From contig NC_003450.3 of the NCBI RefSeq assembly GCF_000011325.1, forward strand, positions 60,001 to 92,000: a DNA stretch of 32,000 nt. Direction: 5' to 3'. Below the pieces are notes generated by a model. That model was not told the DNA's origin. It was given only the letters and a program-made list of their open reading frames with translations, and did no database searches. Both the position numbers and the translations under genes were made by a program. The DNA is from Corynebacterium glutamicum ATCC 13032 (GTDB lineage: Bacteria; Actinomycetota; Actinomycetes; Mycobacteriales; Mycobacteriaceae). Positions 1 through 8,247 of this stretch are shown here, in pieces (positions within the stretch are counted from its first letter, which is position 1; every line of letters begins with the position of its first letter).

Positions 1-665
1 CCTTCTCTGTCGTCGACGTTCTCATCACTTTGGTCTTGTCCTTCGTCCTGACCTCCATCGTGGGTGTGGTGTACCAAAAGACCCACCGCCACATCTCCTA
101 CAGCCAGTCATTCGTACAAACGTTGGTGCTGGTGGGAATGGTCATTGCAATCATCATGCTGGTGGTCGGCTCCAACATTGCACGTGCATTCGCCCTGGTT
201 GGCGCGCTTTCGGTGATTCGATTCCGCAACGCAGTGAAAGAAACCCGAGATGTGGGCTTCCTTTTCCTTGCCATGGCAATCGGCATGACTTGCGGTACCC
301 GCTTCTACGTTCTGGCGATCGCTGCAACCATCGTTGTCTGTGGCGTTCTGTTCATCATGTACCGCTTCGACTGGTTCAAGGCTGATATCCAGCGCCAGGT
401 CATCAAGGTGCAGGTCCCAGCCGATGGACAAGCTGATTCCGGCAGGTCCTACGCAGAAGAAGTTGAACTGATCCTCGCACAGTACTGCACTTCCTTTGAG
501 ATGATGTCCGCTGAATCTGTCCGCGGCGGAGCCCTGACCGAGTTCTCCTACACCGCTCAAATGCGCAAGAACGTGAAGCCACATGAGCTGGTCGCCAAGA
601 TGCGCGATGTGAACTACGGCCAAAAAGCGACTGTCCTGACCGGTCACGATCAAACGGATGTATAG
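1..665 (+). CDS. DUF4956-family integral membrane protein (5' partial; reading frame is open from base 3 to the window edge)
   Basis: The ORF track gives 30..665, but the same frame has no stop back to base 3 (FSVVDVLITLVLSF...). The protein has several hydrophobic helices and the segment ALVGALSVIRFRNAVKETRDVGFLFLAMAIGMTCG, which I recall as typical of DUF4956. Its stop lies 3 nt before the next ATG, consistent with an operon. Confidence 0.7.
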   Translation, partial: FSVVDVLITLVLSFVLTSIVGVVYQKTHRHISYSQSFVQTLVLVGMVIAIIMLVVGSNIARAFALVGALSVIRFRNAVKETRDVGFLFLAMAIGMTCGTRFYVLAIAATIVVCGVLFIMYRFDWFKADIQRQVIKVQVPADGQADSGRSYAEEVELILAQYCTSFEMMSAESVRGGALTEFSYTAQMRKNVKPHELVAKMRDVNYGQKATVLTGHDQTDV

Positions 666-668
666 AAA

Positions 669-2324
669 ATGCCTAGCTTTAAATCTGCTCGATGGAGGAT
701 GAACAGACGCCTCTTCCTAGGAACTTCCGCAGCTATCATCGCTGTCGGTGGCGTGCTCGGTGGAGTGCAGGTTGTACCTTATATTTCCTCTGGTGAAATC
801 CAAACGTCAGCATCATCGACTGCCACGATCGATGTCGGTGCAGGCAATGTCGATATTTTTGATACCTCCGTTTCCCATGAAATCAGCCTGCAGGTTTCGC
901 AGGAAAGCCTCGATGAGATGCTCGCGGACTATCAAGAAGACGGTTCCAAAACCTGGGTGAAAGCAACCATCACGATTGATGGCGTGACCATTGAAAACGT
1001 CGGCATCCGCCTCAAGGGCAACTCCACGCTGTCCGGGTTGGGTCGAACATCTGAAGAAGGCGGACCTCAGGCACCAGAAGGCGTCGAAGAGTTTACAGAT
1101 CTCAGTGAAGAGGAAATCGCCCAGTTTGAGGAACAGTTCGCGGCGCAGCAAGAGACTACTGACGCTTCAGAGACCGGTGAAACTGCGGAAAATGAAGAGA
1201 CTCGCGGCCCCGGCGGTGGCATGGGTGGTGGCGGCATGGGTGGCATGACTTCGGTCGATGCCGACGATGTCAGCACCTGGCCACTTCTGATCAGCTTCGA
1301 CAAATACGAAGACGGCCGCGTCTACCAAGGCATGACCCAACTGGCACTACGCCCCGGCACCACCGTGGTCAACGAAGCAATGGCGCTGGCCCTGACCGCA
1401 GAAACCGGCCAGGTCTCGCAGCAATCCAGCTTCACAACGTTTTCGCTTAACGACGAGCCCTCCACCACTCGACTCCTTTTGAAGCACCCCGATGAAAATT
1501 ATGCCGACGCGCTCGGCAACGGAGTCCTCTTCAAAGCAGATTCCAACAGTTCCTTCACCTACCAAGGCGAAGACCAAACTGAATACGACGGACAGTTCAA
1601 GCAGATCAACGGTGACGGCAACGGAGACATCCAACCGATCATCAACCTGCTGAAATGGCTCGACACCGCAAGCGATGAAGAGTTTGCTGAACACCTCTCT
1701 GACTACGTCGATGTGGAAAGCTTTGCTCGCTACGTTGCCACTCAAAACCTGTTGGTAAATTCCGACGACATGGCTGGTCCCGGTAGTAATTACTACCTGT
1801 GGTACGACTACGACACCGGCCTGATCAGCGTGATCTCTTGGGATTTGAACCTCGCAATGTCCGGCTCAACTGATGCTGGCCCAGATGATGAAATCTCCAT
1901 GGGCGGAGGTGGCGGTGGCGGAATGCGTCCTGGTGGAACGACCGACACTGAAATTGAAGGTACTGCGACCGAGGATATGCCTGACATGGGCAATATGCAG
2001 CAACGTGAACGCCCTGAAGGAATGCCAGACATGGGTGAGATGCCTGATATGGGTGACCGGGAAGGCGGTGGATCGATGGGAGGAAACCAGCTCAAGGAAC
2101 GTTTCCTCGCTTCCGATGCATTCACGGAAATCTATGAGCAGGTGTACTGGGAGCTGTATGAAGAAATGTATGGTTCCGGAACTGCCATCGAGTTGTTGGA
2201 TGAGATTGCAGCGTCAATTCCAGAAACTGATGCGGTGACTGCAGATGAGATCGCTACGGAAGTGGCGTCAATGCGGGAATGGATCACTGCCCGCACAGAA
2301 GCGTTGGCTGCTTTGCAAGAGTGA
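669..2324 (+). CDS. CotH-like (spore-coat-protein-H kinase fold family) exported protein with Tat-like N-terminus
   Basis: 551-aa ORF. The N-terminus NRRLFLGTSAAIIAVGG resembles a twin-arginine signal or anchor. CotH-family-like segments are present: VGIRLKGNSTL, NYYLWYDYDTGLISVISWDLNLAMSG. Two low-complexity Gly/Met/Asp inserts are also present. Confidence 0.7.
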   Translation: MPSFKSARWRMNRRLFLGTSAAIIAVGGVLGGVQVVPYISSGEIQTSASSTATIDVGAGNVDIFDTSVSHEISLQVSQESLDEMLADYQEDGSKTWVKATITIDGVTIENVGIRLKGNSTLSGLGRTSEEGGPQAPEGVEEFTDLSEEEIAQFEEQFAAQQETTDASETGETAENEETRGPGGGMGGGGMGGMTSVDADDVSTWPLLISFDKYEDGRVYQGMTQLALRPGTTVVNEAMALALTAETGQVSQQSSFTTFSLNDEPSTTRLLLKHPDENYADALGNGVLFKADSNSSFTYQGEDQTEYDGQFKQINGDGNGDIQPIINLLKWLDTASDEEFAEHLSDYVDVESFARYVATQNLLVNSDDMAGPGSNYYLWYDYDTGLISVISWDLNLAMSGSTDAGPDDEISMGGGGGGGMRPGGTTDTEIEGTATEDMPDMGNMQQRERPEGMPDMGEMPDMGDREGGGSMGGNQLKERFLASDAFTEIYEQVYWELYEEMYGSGTAIELLDEIAASIPETDAVTADEIATEVASMREWITARTEALAALQE

Positions 2325-2335
2325 TCAAACTAGAA

Positions 2336-2380
2336 AACCAACAAGCCCTGGAATTTCCGAGGCCTGTTGGTTTTTCGGTT
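2336..2380 (+). terminator. Hairpin plus T-run between convergent CotH-like and corA-like genes (probably bidirectional)
   Basis: AACCAACAAGCC (2336-2347) pairs with GGCCTGTTGGTT (2361-2372) with one mismatch. It is followed by TTTTCGGTTTTT on the + strand and preceded by GAAAA, which gives a T-run on the - strand. Confidence 0.55.
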
Positions 2381-2386
2381 TTTGTC

Positions 2387-3508
2387 TCACATCCACTTAC
2401 TGCGTTTGAAGATCCAGTACAAAAGGAGGGTGAATCCGAGCATTGCTAAGAGAGCCAACGGGTAGCCAAACGCCCAGTGAAGTTCTGGCATGATGTCGAA
2501 GTTCATGCCGTAGATGGAGGACACGAGGGTTGGGGCGAAGATGATGGCGGCCCATCCGGAGATTTTCTTCATGTCTTCGTTTTGGCGTTGGGCTACAAGG
2601 GTGGCGTTGACGTTCAAAATTTGGGATAGGGATTCGCGGTATTCGGAGACGCGGGTGTTGTCGCGGGTGAGGTGGTCGGCGACGTCGTCGAGGTAGGCGC
2701 GGAGTTCTTCGGACATGCCACTTCGGATGAAGTCTTTGTTGAGGCGTTGCACCACTTCGGTAACTGAGCTGGTGGTGTGCTGCATGTCGATGATTTCTTG
2801 GGACAGGTTGTAAATACGTTCGGCGACGGCGGCGTCGCCGGAGAACACCTGGCGCTCAATCTGTTCCTGGTCGATGGCGATGCCTCTAAGAACGGGGGAG
2901 AAGCCGTCGACGATGGCGTCGACAAGCCTATAGGCCACGGCGCGGGGGCCGGACGAGAGTAACTCGGCGTCGGCAAGCAATGTTTTTATGCGCTTATCGA
3001 TCTCCTCGGGGTTGCTGAAGCTGGCGGCGCTGGTGCCGTCAATCCATTGGTTATCCTGGCACAAAATGGCTATGGCCTGAGGCTTCATGAGGATGTGGAA
3101 TTCGGAGAAGTCCACCTCTTCGCGGGAGTCGATGTAGCGCGCGGAGCGGATCGCGATAAAAATGATGTCTTCGTAGCGGTCTAGTTTTGGGCGCTGCTGA
3201 CCAAGGAGCAAGTCTTCTACGATGGTGGGGTGGAGGTCCCAGGCCTCTGCCAATTCCTCGATTGCGGGCTTGGATGGCGCAGGGTACAGCGACATGACCA
3301 TGCGGTTGGAGGCGCCTTCGGCGAATTTTAAACCGTCAGCAACAGTGGCACCCAGCGGTGGGCGCTTCGGGATGCCGTCGGTGACATAGCGGGTCAGCGG
3401 AGAAACCTCTTCAGGTACAGGAGTTGAATTTGCCGAATCAGGAAGGTACCGACGTCTGAGCATATCCCGTCTGCGGATCGCCCCGTTGATGTCGTAATTC
3501 TTTGGCAT
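2387..3508 (-). CDS. corA: CorA-family divalent cation (Mg2+/Co2+) transporter
   Basis: YGMNF (GMN signature) precedes the last two C-terminal TM helices, with a long soluble N-terminal domain. I place the start at the ATG at 3508 (MPKNYD...) because GAAGGAG lies 6 nt upstream. The TTG at 3523 in the ORF track would contain that RBS. Confidence 0.85.
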   Translation of the reverse strand: MPKNYDINGAIRRRDMLRRRYLPDSANSTPVPEEVSPLTRYVTDGIPKRPPLGATVADGLKFAEGASNRMVMSLYPAPSKPAIEELAEAWDLHPTIVEDLLLGQQRPKLDRYEDIIFIAIRSARYIDSREEVDFSEFHILMKPQAIAILCQDNQWIDGTSAASFSNPEEIDKRIKTLLADAELLSSGPRAVAYRLVDAIVDGFSPVLRGIAIDQEQIERQVFSGDAAVAERIYNLSQEIIDMQHTTSSVTEVVQRLNKDFIRSGMSEELRAYLDDVADHLTRDNTRVSEYRESLSQILNVNATLVAQRQNEDMKKISGWAAIIFAPTLVSSIYGMNFDIMPELHWAFGYPLALLAMLGFTLLLYWIFKRSKWM

Positions 3509-3590
3509 TTTCAACTCCTTCAACAGTTCTGGACAGCAATTTCTACTAAGTCAGTATTGCCGATGAAGTAAGAAATGGCCTATTCGAGAG

Positions 3591-4040
3591 CTATTCTGAC
3601 GATCCTTCTAGCTCGGTCAACCTTTCCCGCAGGCCTTCGGGAAGCGAATTAAACCACTTCTCCTCTTCGCCAGGTTCCATGAGGAGACGGCCATATTCCG
3701 TCATATTGGAACCAGGAATCTCCGTTATATATACCCATACTTCTTCATTGGGGATCCCAAGAATCAGCGCGATCTCTTGTGTCAGCCGAAGCAGAAGTTC
3801 CTCTTTTTGCTTCTCTGTACGCCCCGAACGAATCGTTGCTTGGACCCAAATGTGGTTTTCCGACGCCGACTGCGCCGCAATGAAATAAGAATCAGGCTCC
3901 ACCTCATTGAAAATCACCTGCACCAAATACTTGGGAGCATGCGCTAATTCATGGTGGGCATCGGTGATTGCCTCAGCGATGCGTTGCTTGGCTTCCCTAG
4001 AAATGCGAATTCTTTGCGACCAACAAGTATAAGTAGGCAT
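3591..4040 (-). CDS. Tautomerase-superfamily protein, cis-3-chloroacrylic acid dehalogenase (cis-CaaD) homolog, Cg10062-like
   Basis: 149 aa beginning MPTYTC, so Pro-1 is exposed after Met removal, the catalytic hallmark of tautomerases. The protein has a fused two-beta-alpha-beta length. The sequence matches my recollection of the characterised C. glutamicum protein Cg10062. RBS AAAGAGG lies upstream. Confidence 0.8.
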   Translation of the reverse strand: MPTYTCWSQRIRISREAKQRIAEAITDAHHELAHAPKYLVQVIFNEVEPDSYFIAAQSASENHIWVQATIRSGRTEKQKEELLLRLTQEIALILGIPNEEVWVYITEIPGSNMTEYGRLLMEPGEEEKWFNSLPEGLRERLTELEGSSE

Positions 4041-4162
4041 GTGCGTGAACCTCTTTCATTTTGGAAAACCTGGAAAATTGAGAAGCTATCCCTCATCATA
4101 GTTTTAAATCTGGGGCAGAGGCGGGAATTTAAACACCTCTGATACAGCGTTTACTGGCTATA

Positions 4163-5461
4163 GTGTTGCGCGTGCCAAATCGAGTTCCTGTGTCAACCAT
4201 TCCGCTGAATCGTCTAGCCGTTATCGCTGCCATCATTGGTGTCGGTACCGGGCTGTTTGTTGCTGCACTGAACTGGTCTGCCATTGGCGTGGAGCGTTTA
4301 GTTTATGGCGCTGACCATTTGCATAATTACAATCCGGTGGCCAATGTGTCGCCACTTCGCCTGTCCATCACGGTGATTGTGCTTAGCGTGGTGGCCTCCT
4401 GGGCGTGGTTTTTTGTGCACCGCACGGGGCCGAAAGAGGTTTCGATTGTGGGTGCGATCCGGGGCGAGAAGATGCCGATTTTGGAGACCATAGCGTCCGC
4501 ATTTTTGCAGGTCACCACGGTTGCTGCGGGTGCGCCGGTGGGTGCAGAGAACGCTCCACGTATTGCTGGAGCCTTGGTGGGAGAGCGGTTTAGTCGGTGG
4601 TTGCAGCTCGATATTGATGCAAAGCGCATCTTGGTGGCCTCTGCCGCGGGAGCTGGTTTGGGAGCAAGCTTCCACCTTCCCCTAGCAGGCGTGCTGTTTG
4701 CCCTTGAGGTCCTACTGGTTGAGGCCTCCACTCGGACCGTGGTTATCGCAATTATCACCACGACCGCCGCCGTTGCCACCACTGGATTTTTCGTGCAAAC
4801 CCCAGATGTGTTCAGCACTGTCCCGCTGACGGAAAGCCCATGGATGCTGCTTGCCGCGATGGTCACCGGAGTAGTCGCCGGCATGTGCGGGCACTGGTTT
4901 TCAGCGGCGGCGCACAAAATGGCGCAGGCCTCGCCCAAGGGTGTGAAGATTTTGTGGCAGATGCCGTTGGGTTTCGTGGTGATCGCTGCGGTGATTTATT
5001 TCTTCCCCGAAACCCTGGCGAATCCCCGTTGGCTTGCCGATTCCATGCTCGGCGATGGCCTGATCCTCAGCACCATTTTATTGGTACTTGTTCTGCGCAC
5101 CGCCATGTTTTTGCTCGCCTTCCGCGTGGGCATGGTCGGCGGTAACCTGATCCCCGCATTCGCACTCGGATCCATGGTCGGTGGGGTAGTGGGTGCTGTA
5201 TTGGAACCCATCACTAACGTCCCGATCGCCGCTTTTGCGCTGCTTGGCGCCGCCGCATTTTTGTCCACCACCATGGCAGCGCCACTGTTCGGGCTCATCG
5301 CCGCAGTGGAATTCACCGACATGGAAGCCCAAGGCTACCTTCCGATTTTCCTCGCAGTAGCCTCCGCGGTCCTCGCCGTGCGCGTGTGGTCTGTCATCGC
5401 CAAGCACGAGCTCCGCGCCATCCCGATCACGTACGCGAGCTGGACGGGCGAGCTTAAATAA
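4163..5461 (+). CDS. ClC (voltage-gated chloride channel) family membrane protein with divergent selectivity-filter motifs
   Basis: 432 aa, about 10-12 hydrophobic helices, ClC-like layout. GAPVGAENAP sits where GREGP is expected and GGNLIPAFALG where GxFxP is expected. The start is uncertain. TATAGT at 4159-4164 overlaps the GTG at 4163, so an in-frame GTG at 4172 could be a leaderless start. Confidence 0.75.
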   Translation: MLRVPNRVPVSTIPLNRLAVIAAIIGVGTGLFVAALNWSAIGVERLVYGADHLHNYNPVANVSPLRLSITVIVLSVVASWAWFFVHRTGPKEVSIVGAIRGEKMPILETIASAFLQVTTVAAGAPVGAENAPRIAGALVGERFSRWLQLDIDAKRILVASAAGAGLGASFHLPLAGVLFALEVLLVEASTRTVVIAIITTTAAVATTGFFVQTPDVFSTVPLTESPWMLLAAMVTGVVAGMCGHWFSAAAHKMAQASPKGVKILWQMPLGFVVIAAVIYFFPETLANPRWLADSMLGDGLILSTILLVLVLRTAMFLLAFRVGMVGGNLIPAFALGSMVGGVVGAVLEPITNVPIAAFALLGAAAFLSTTMAAPLFGLIAAVEFTDMEAQGYLPIFLAVASAVLAVRVWSVIAKHELRAIPITYASWTGELK

Positions 5462-5504
5462 GCTTGTCGACGCCTCCCTCCACCTTCTATTTAGTAAACG
5501 CTTT

Positions 5505-6197
5505 TCAGACTGTCACAGACTCCTGAGCTTCCAGCGCACGAGCCTTGTCTGCTTTTTGCACCCGCAGCCACACGACAAATCCCCAGCTGACAAACGCACC
5601 GTACACCAGGTAAAGCACCGCGGATGGGTAGTAGCCAGCAGTCAAAAGTAGAGGAACGCCAACTATGTCGACGGCGATCCAGATCAGCCAGAACTCTGTC
5701 CATCCGCGAGCCATTCCGTAGGTAGCCAGGATTGAGCCGACGAAAATCCACGCGTCGGCCCATGGCCCCCAGGAGCCGAGTGCTTGGAAAATCCAGGCAA
5801 AGCTGAGTGTTCCCACAACCGCCGCAATCACAATGCCGGCGCGTTCTTTGGTGCTTGCCCAGCGAGGAACCACTGCTACTGCATTTTCTGGGGTGAGTGC
5901 GCGACGTTTTGCGGCCGACCATTGGTACCAGCCATAACCACTGACGATGATGAACATGATCTGGCGACCCGCTTGGCCGTAGAGATCGAGGTTTTGTGGA
6001 GTGTGGAAAAGGCCGCCCATAAATACTGTGAACAGCAGCGCGTTGCCTATGATGCCGATGGGCCATGCCCACACGATGCGTCGCATTCCTGCCCACGCGC
6101 TAAATAATCCGAAAACGTTGCCGATGATTTCGCGCCACAGAATCGGAACTCCGCCGATCCATAGTGTTGCGTCTAATAATTCGGTTATAGGATTCAT
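5505..6197 (-). CDS. ribM: PnuC-family transporter; riboflavin transporter RibM/PnuX type
   Basis: 230 aa with PnuC-like helices (WREIIGNVFGLFSAWAGMRRIVWAWPIGIIGNALLF...W-rich). It lies directly downstream of an FMN riboswitch, which argues for flavin rather than nicotinamide riboside as cargo. RBS AAGGGGA lies upstream of the ATG. Confidence 0.85.
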   Translation of the reverse strand: MNPITELLDATLWIGGVPILWREIIGNVFGLFSAWAGMRRIVWAWPIGIIGNALLFTVFMGGLFHTPQNLDLYGQAGRQIMFIIVSGYGWYQWSAAKRRALTPENAVAVVPRWASTKERAGIVIAAVVGTLSFAWIFQALGSWGPWADAWIFVGSILATYGMARGWTEFWLIWIAVDIVGVPLLLTAGYYPSAVLYLVYGAFVSWGFVVWLRVQKADKARALEAQESVTV

Positions 6198-6282
6198 GAT
6201 CTTGTCCCCTTTTCAAAGGATTTAAAAGCATGTAATCCTCGGGGCCTTAATTCCGGGTTCGCCAAAAATCAGCGAAACCACG

Positions 6283-6438
6283 GTTCTCTTGCATCCGGAC
6301 TATGACCGTCGGCTCCGGAATTTAACCGGATCTGCTGACCCACAAACCATTGCTAGTTGGTGGCGCTCGCGGGCTCAACTAGTCATATCTGATGATTCGT
6401 CTTACCGCCGGTGGGGAATTTCGCCCCGCCCTGAGAAC
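6283..6438 (-). promoter_or_regulatory. FMN riboswitch (RFN element) aptamer in the ribM leader
   Basis: The minus strand reads GUUCUCAGGGCGGGGCGAAAUUCCCCACCGGCGGUAAG...AGCCCGCGAGCGCC...GGUCAGCAGAUCCGGUUAAAUUCCGGAGCCGACGGUCAUAGUCCGGAUGCAAGAGAAC. This reproduces the conserved RFN core blocks. P1 closes as GUUCUC (6438-6433) with GAGAAC (6288-6283). Confidence 0.9.
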
Positions 6439-6445
6439 AAAACTC

Positions 6446-6474
6446 ACTATAGCGCTTGACGCGGAAAGTGTGAA
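6446..6474 (-). promoter_or_regulatory. Sigma-A type promoter for the riboswitch-ribM transcript
   Basis: The minus strand carries TTCACA (6474-6469), a 17-nt spacer, then TATAGT (6451-6446). The predicted TSS falls a few nt before the riboswitch P1 helix. Confidence 0.55.
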
Positions 6475-6598
6475 GCATATGAACCGTCCTGGTTGAAACT
6501 GAACGATTGGTGACCGGCTCATGAAAACTTGACGAGTCCCCGGTATTCGCCAGCGGTGACTACTACCGTGGGCGACAAGCCCACTTAGAGGAGGACTT

Positions 6599-7975
6599 GT
6601 GACAACCACCTATCCAGATTTCCTTGGAAATTCTTCGCTCCAAACAGATACGGAGCACTGGGAAATGGAAGGAGGTGCGCAGGAAGTCTCTGTTACTTAT
6701 GTTTTGGACACGTCAGTGTTGCTGTCTGATCCGTTGTCGTTGACACGGTTCGCGGAGCACGATGTAGTTCTGCCAATTGTTGTAATTACGGAATTAGAAG
6801 CCAAGCGTCATCACCCGGACCTTGGCTTTTTTGCTCGCCAAGCGCTTCGGATGCTGGATGAGCTGCGTGAGATCCATGGGGATTTGTCCAAGCCACTGCC
6901 AATTGGCGATGAAGGCGGACACATCCATGTTGAGCTGAATCACCAAAACACGGGGTCCTTGCCCGTGGGATTCCGCCTTGGTGACAATGACACCCGCATC
7001 CTTGCAGTGGCCAAGAATCTGCAGGAAGAGGGCCACAATGTGGTTCTGGTGTCGAAGGACCTGCCGATGCGGATTAAGGCGTCGGCAAGCGGAATCGCCG
7101 CACAGGAATACCGCGCTGCCCTGGCGCGCGACCGTGGTTACACCGGCATGACCCACGCCAATATCACCGATGACCAGCTCAGCGAGCTCTACGACACCGG
7201 CGAGGTGCGCATTGAGGAGCTCGAAAAGCTGCCCGTCAACCACGGCTTCACCCTCAAATCCAACAGCGGTTCGGCGCTTGGTCGTATGAATTCCGACAAG
7301 ATCATCGAGCTTGTCCCCGGCGACCAGCAGGTATTCGGTATCAGCGGGCGTAGCGCTGAGCAGCGGGTTGCCATTGATTTGCTTAACGACGACGCCGTCG
7401 GCATCGTATCCATCGGCGGCCCCGCGGGTACAGGTAAAAGCGCACTCGCACTGTGTGCCGGCCTGGAAGCTGTGATGGAGCGTCGCATTCAGCGCAAGAT
7501 TATCGTGTTCCGCCCACTCTTTGCCGTTGGCGGACAGGAACTTGGCTACCTGCCTGGCGACCAAGAAGAAAAAATGGGGCCTTGGGCGCAAGCGGTTTTT
7601 GACACCCTAAGCTCCATGGTCAGCCAAAACATCATCGATGAAGCCCTCTCCCGCGGCCTCATCGAAGTTCTCCCACTTACTCACATCCGCGGACGCTCAC
7701 TCCACGATGCTTTCGTCATCGTCGACGAGGCCCAATCCCTAGAACGCAACGTGTTGCTCACCATGCTGTCTCGCATCGGCCAGAATTCCCGAGTAGTTCT
7801 CACCCATGACGTAGCGCAGCGCGACAACCTGCGCGTTGGTCGCTACGACGGCATCGTCTCTGTGGTGGAAGCACTCAAGGATCACGAACTGTTTGGCCAC
7901 ATCACGTTGCAGCGTTCCGAACGCTCCCGAATCGCTGAGTTGGTCACCCAAGTTTTGGATGCGCCGTCTCTGTAG
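6599..7975 (+). CDS. PhoH2-type protein (N-terminal PIN domain fused to PhoH-like ATPase)
   Basis: PIN-like N-terminus ([12 protein letters not shown]...[12 protein letters not shown]...[11 protein letters not shown]). Walker A GPAGTGKS and Walker B FVIVDEAQ in the C-terminal PhoH domain. GTG start preceded by GAGGAGGA. Confidence 0.85.
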   Translation: MTTTYPDFLGNSSLQTDTEHWEMEGGAQEVSVTYVLDTSVLLSDPLSLTRFAEHDVVLPIVVITELEAKRHHPDLGFFARQALRMLDELREIHGDLSKPLPIGDEGGHIHVELNHQNTGSLPVGFRLGDNDTRILAVAKNLQEEGHNVVLVSKDLPMRIKASASGIAAQEYRAALARDRGYTGMTHANITDDQLSELYDTGEVRIEELEKLPVNHGFTLKSNSGSALGRMNSDKIIELVPGDQQVFGISGRSAEQRVAIDLLNDDAVGIVSIGGPAGTGKSALALCAGLEAVMERRIQRKIIVFRPLFAVGGQELGYLPGDQEEKMGPWAQAVFDTLSSMVSQNIIDEALSRGLIEVLPLTHIRGRSLHDAFVIVDEAQSLERNVLLTMLSRIGQNSRVVLTHDVAQRDNLRVGRYDGIVSVVEALKDHELFGHITLQRSERSRIAELVTQVLDAPSL

Positions 7976-8158
7976 TCGCGCAGTCTGTGGCGATTTAAGG
8001 GCTTGGGGTCGCTCAATGACCTGTTGCCCTGGTTTGGGAAAGTTAGGGCTTCAGGAGCGATTCTAGGAGGGGTCGATTTTGGGGCCATTGGGGCTGTTGT
8101 GAATCCTGGCAGTTTGCAGGGCAAGGATCTACCACGTTTGAGCGGAAACCTCGGATCT

Positions 8159-8213
8159 GTGGTGGATTCGTGCAAGATTGGCCTCTGAACTTGCAAAAAT
8201 CCACCACGTTTTG
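8159..8213 (+). terminator. Strong composite hairpin followed by GTTTTGG, about 185 nt downstream of the phoH2 stop
   Basis: GTGGTGGATT (8159-8168) pairs with AATCCACCAC (8198-8207). An inner TGCAAG/CTTGCA pairing extends the stem, and it is followed by GTTTT. Confidence 0.5.
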
Positions 8214-8247
8214 GCTGATCAGAGCGATTTGTGGTGAATCCTCACCA

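Noticed and set aside
108-653. Long antisense or alternative-frame ORFs inside confident genes. Examples: 108..653(-), 1347..1745(-), 4327..4938(-), 5491..6096(-), 6794..7591(-), 9060..9827(+), 11471..12169(-), 15135..15782(-), 22142..22696(-), 23003..23488(+), 24050..24565(+).
   Set aside because: These are shadow ORFs typical of moderately GC-rich DNA. Their translations are Arg/Pro/Ser/His-rich with no motifs. In every case the opposite or other frame encodes a protein with clear family signatures.
4041-4162. Fluoride (crcB-motif) riboswitch upstream of the ClC homolog.
   Set aside because: No match is visible to the conserved GGxGAUGG...AAACxGCC...CUAAUGAC core on the + strand.
6283-6438. 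The ribM leader was first considered as a TPP riboswitch (some PnuC homologs carry thiamine) or a cobalamin riboswitch (GGUxAAAUUCC...GCCGACGG resemblance).
   Set aside because: The CUGAGA string is on the wrong strand and in the wrong order for a TPP element, and no B12 box is present. All conserved blocks and the P1 closure fit the FMN (RFN) element instead.
8003-8188. 61-aa TTG-initiated ORF as a bona fide protein gene.
   Set aside because: It has a TTG start with the AAGGG only 2 nt away, contains AGG/CTA/GGA codons, and its stop falls inside the terminator hairpin loop. It is kept only as a low-priority possibility under the spacer finding.
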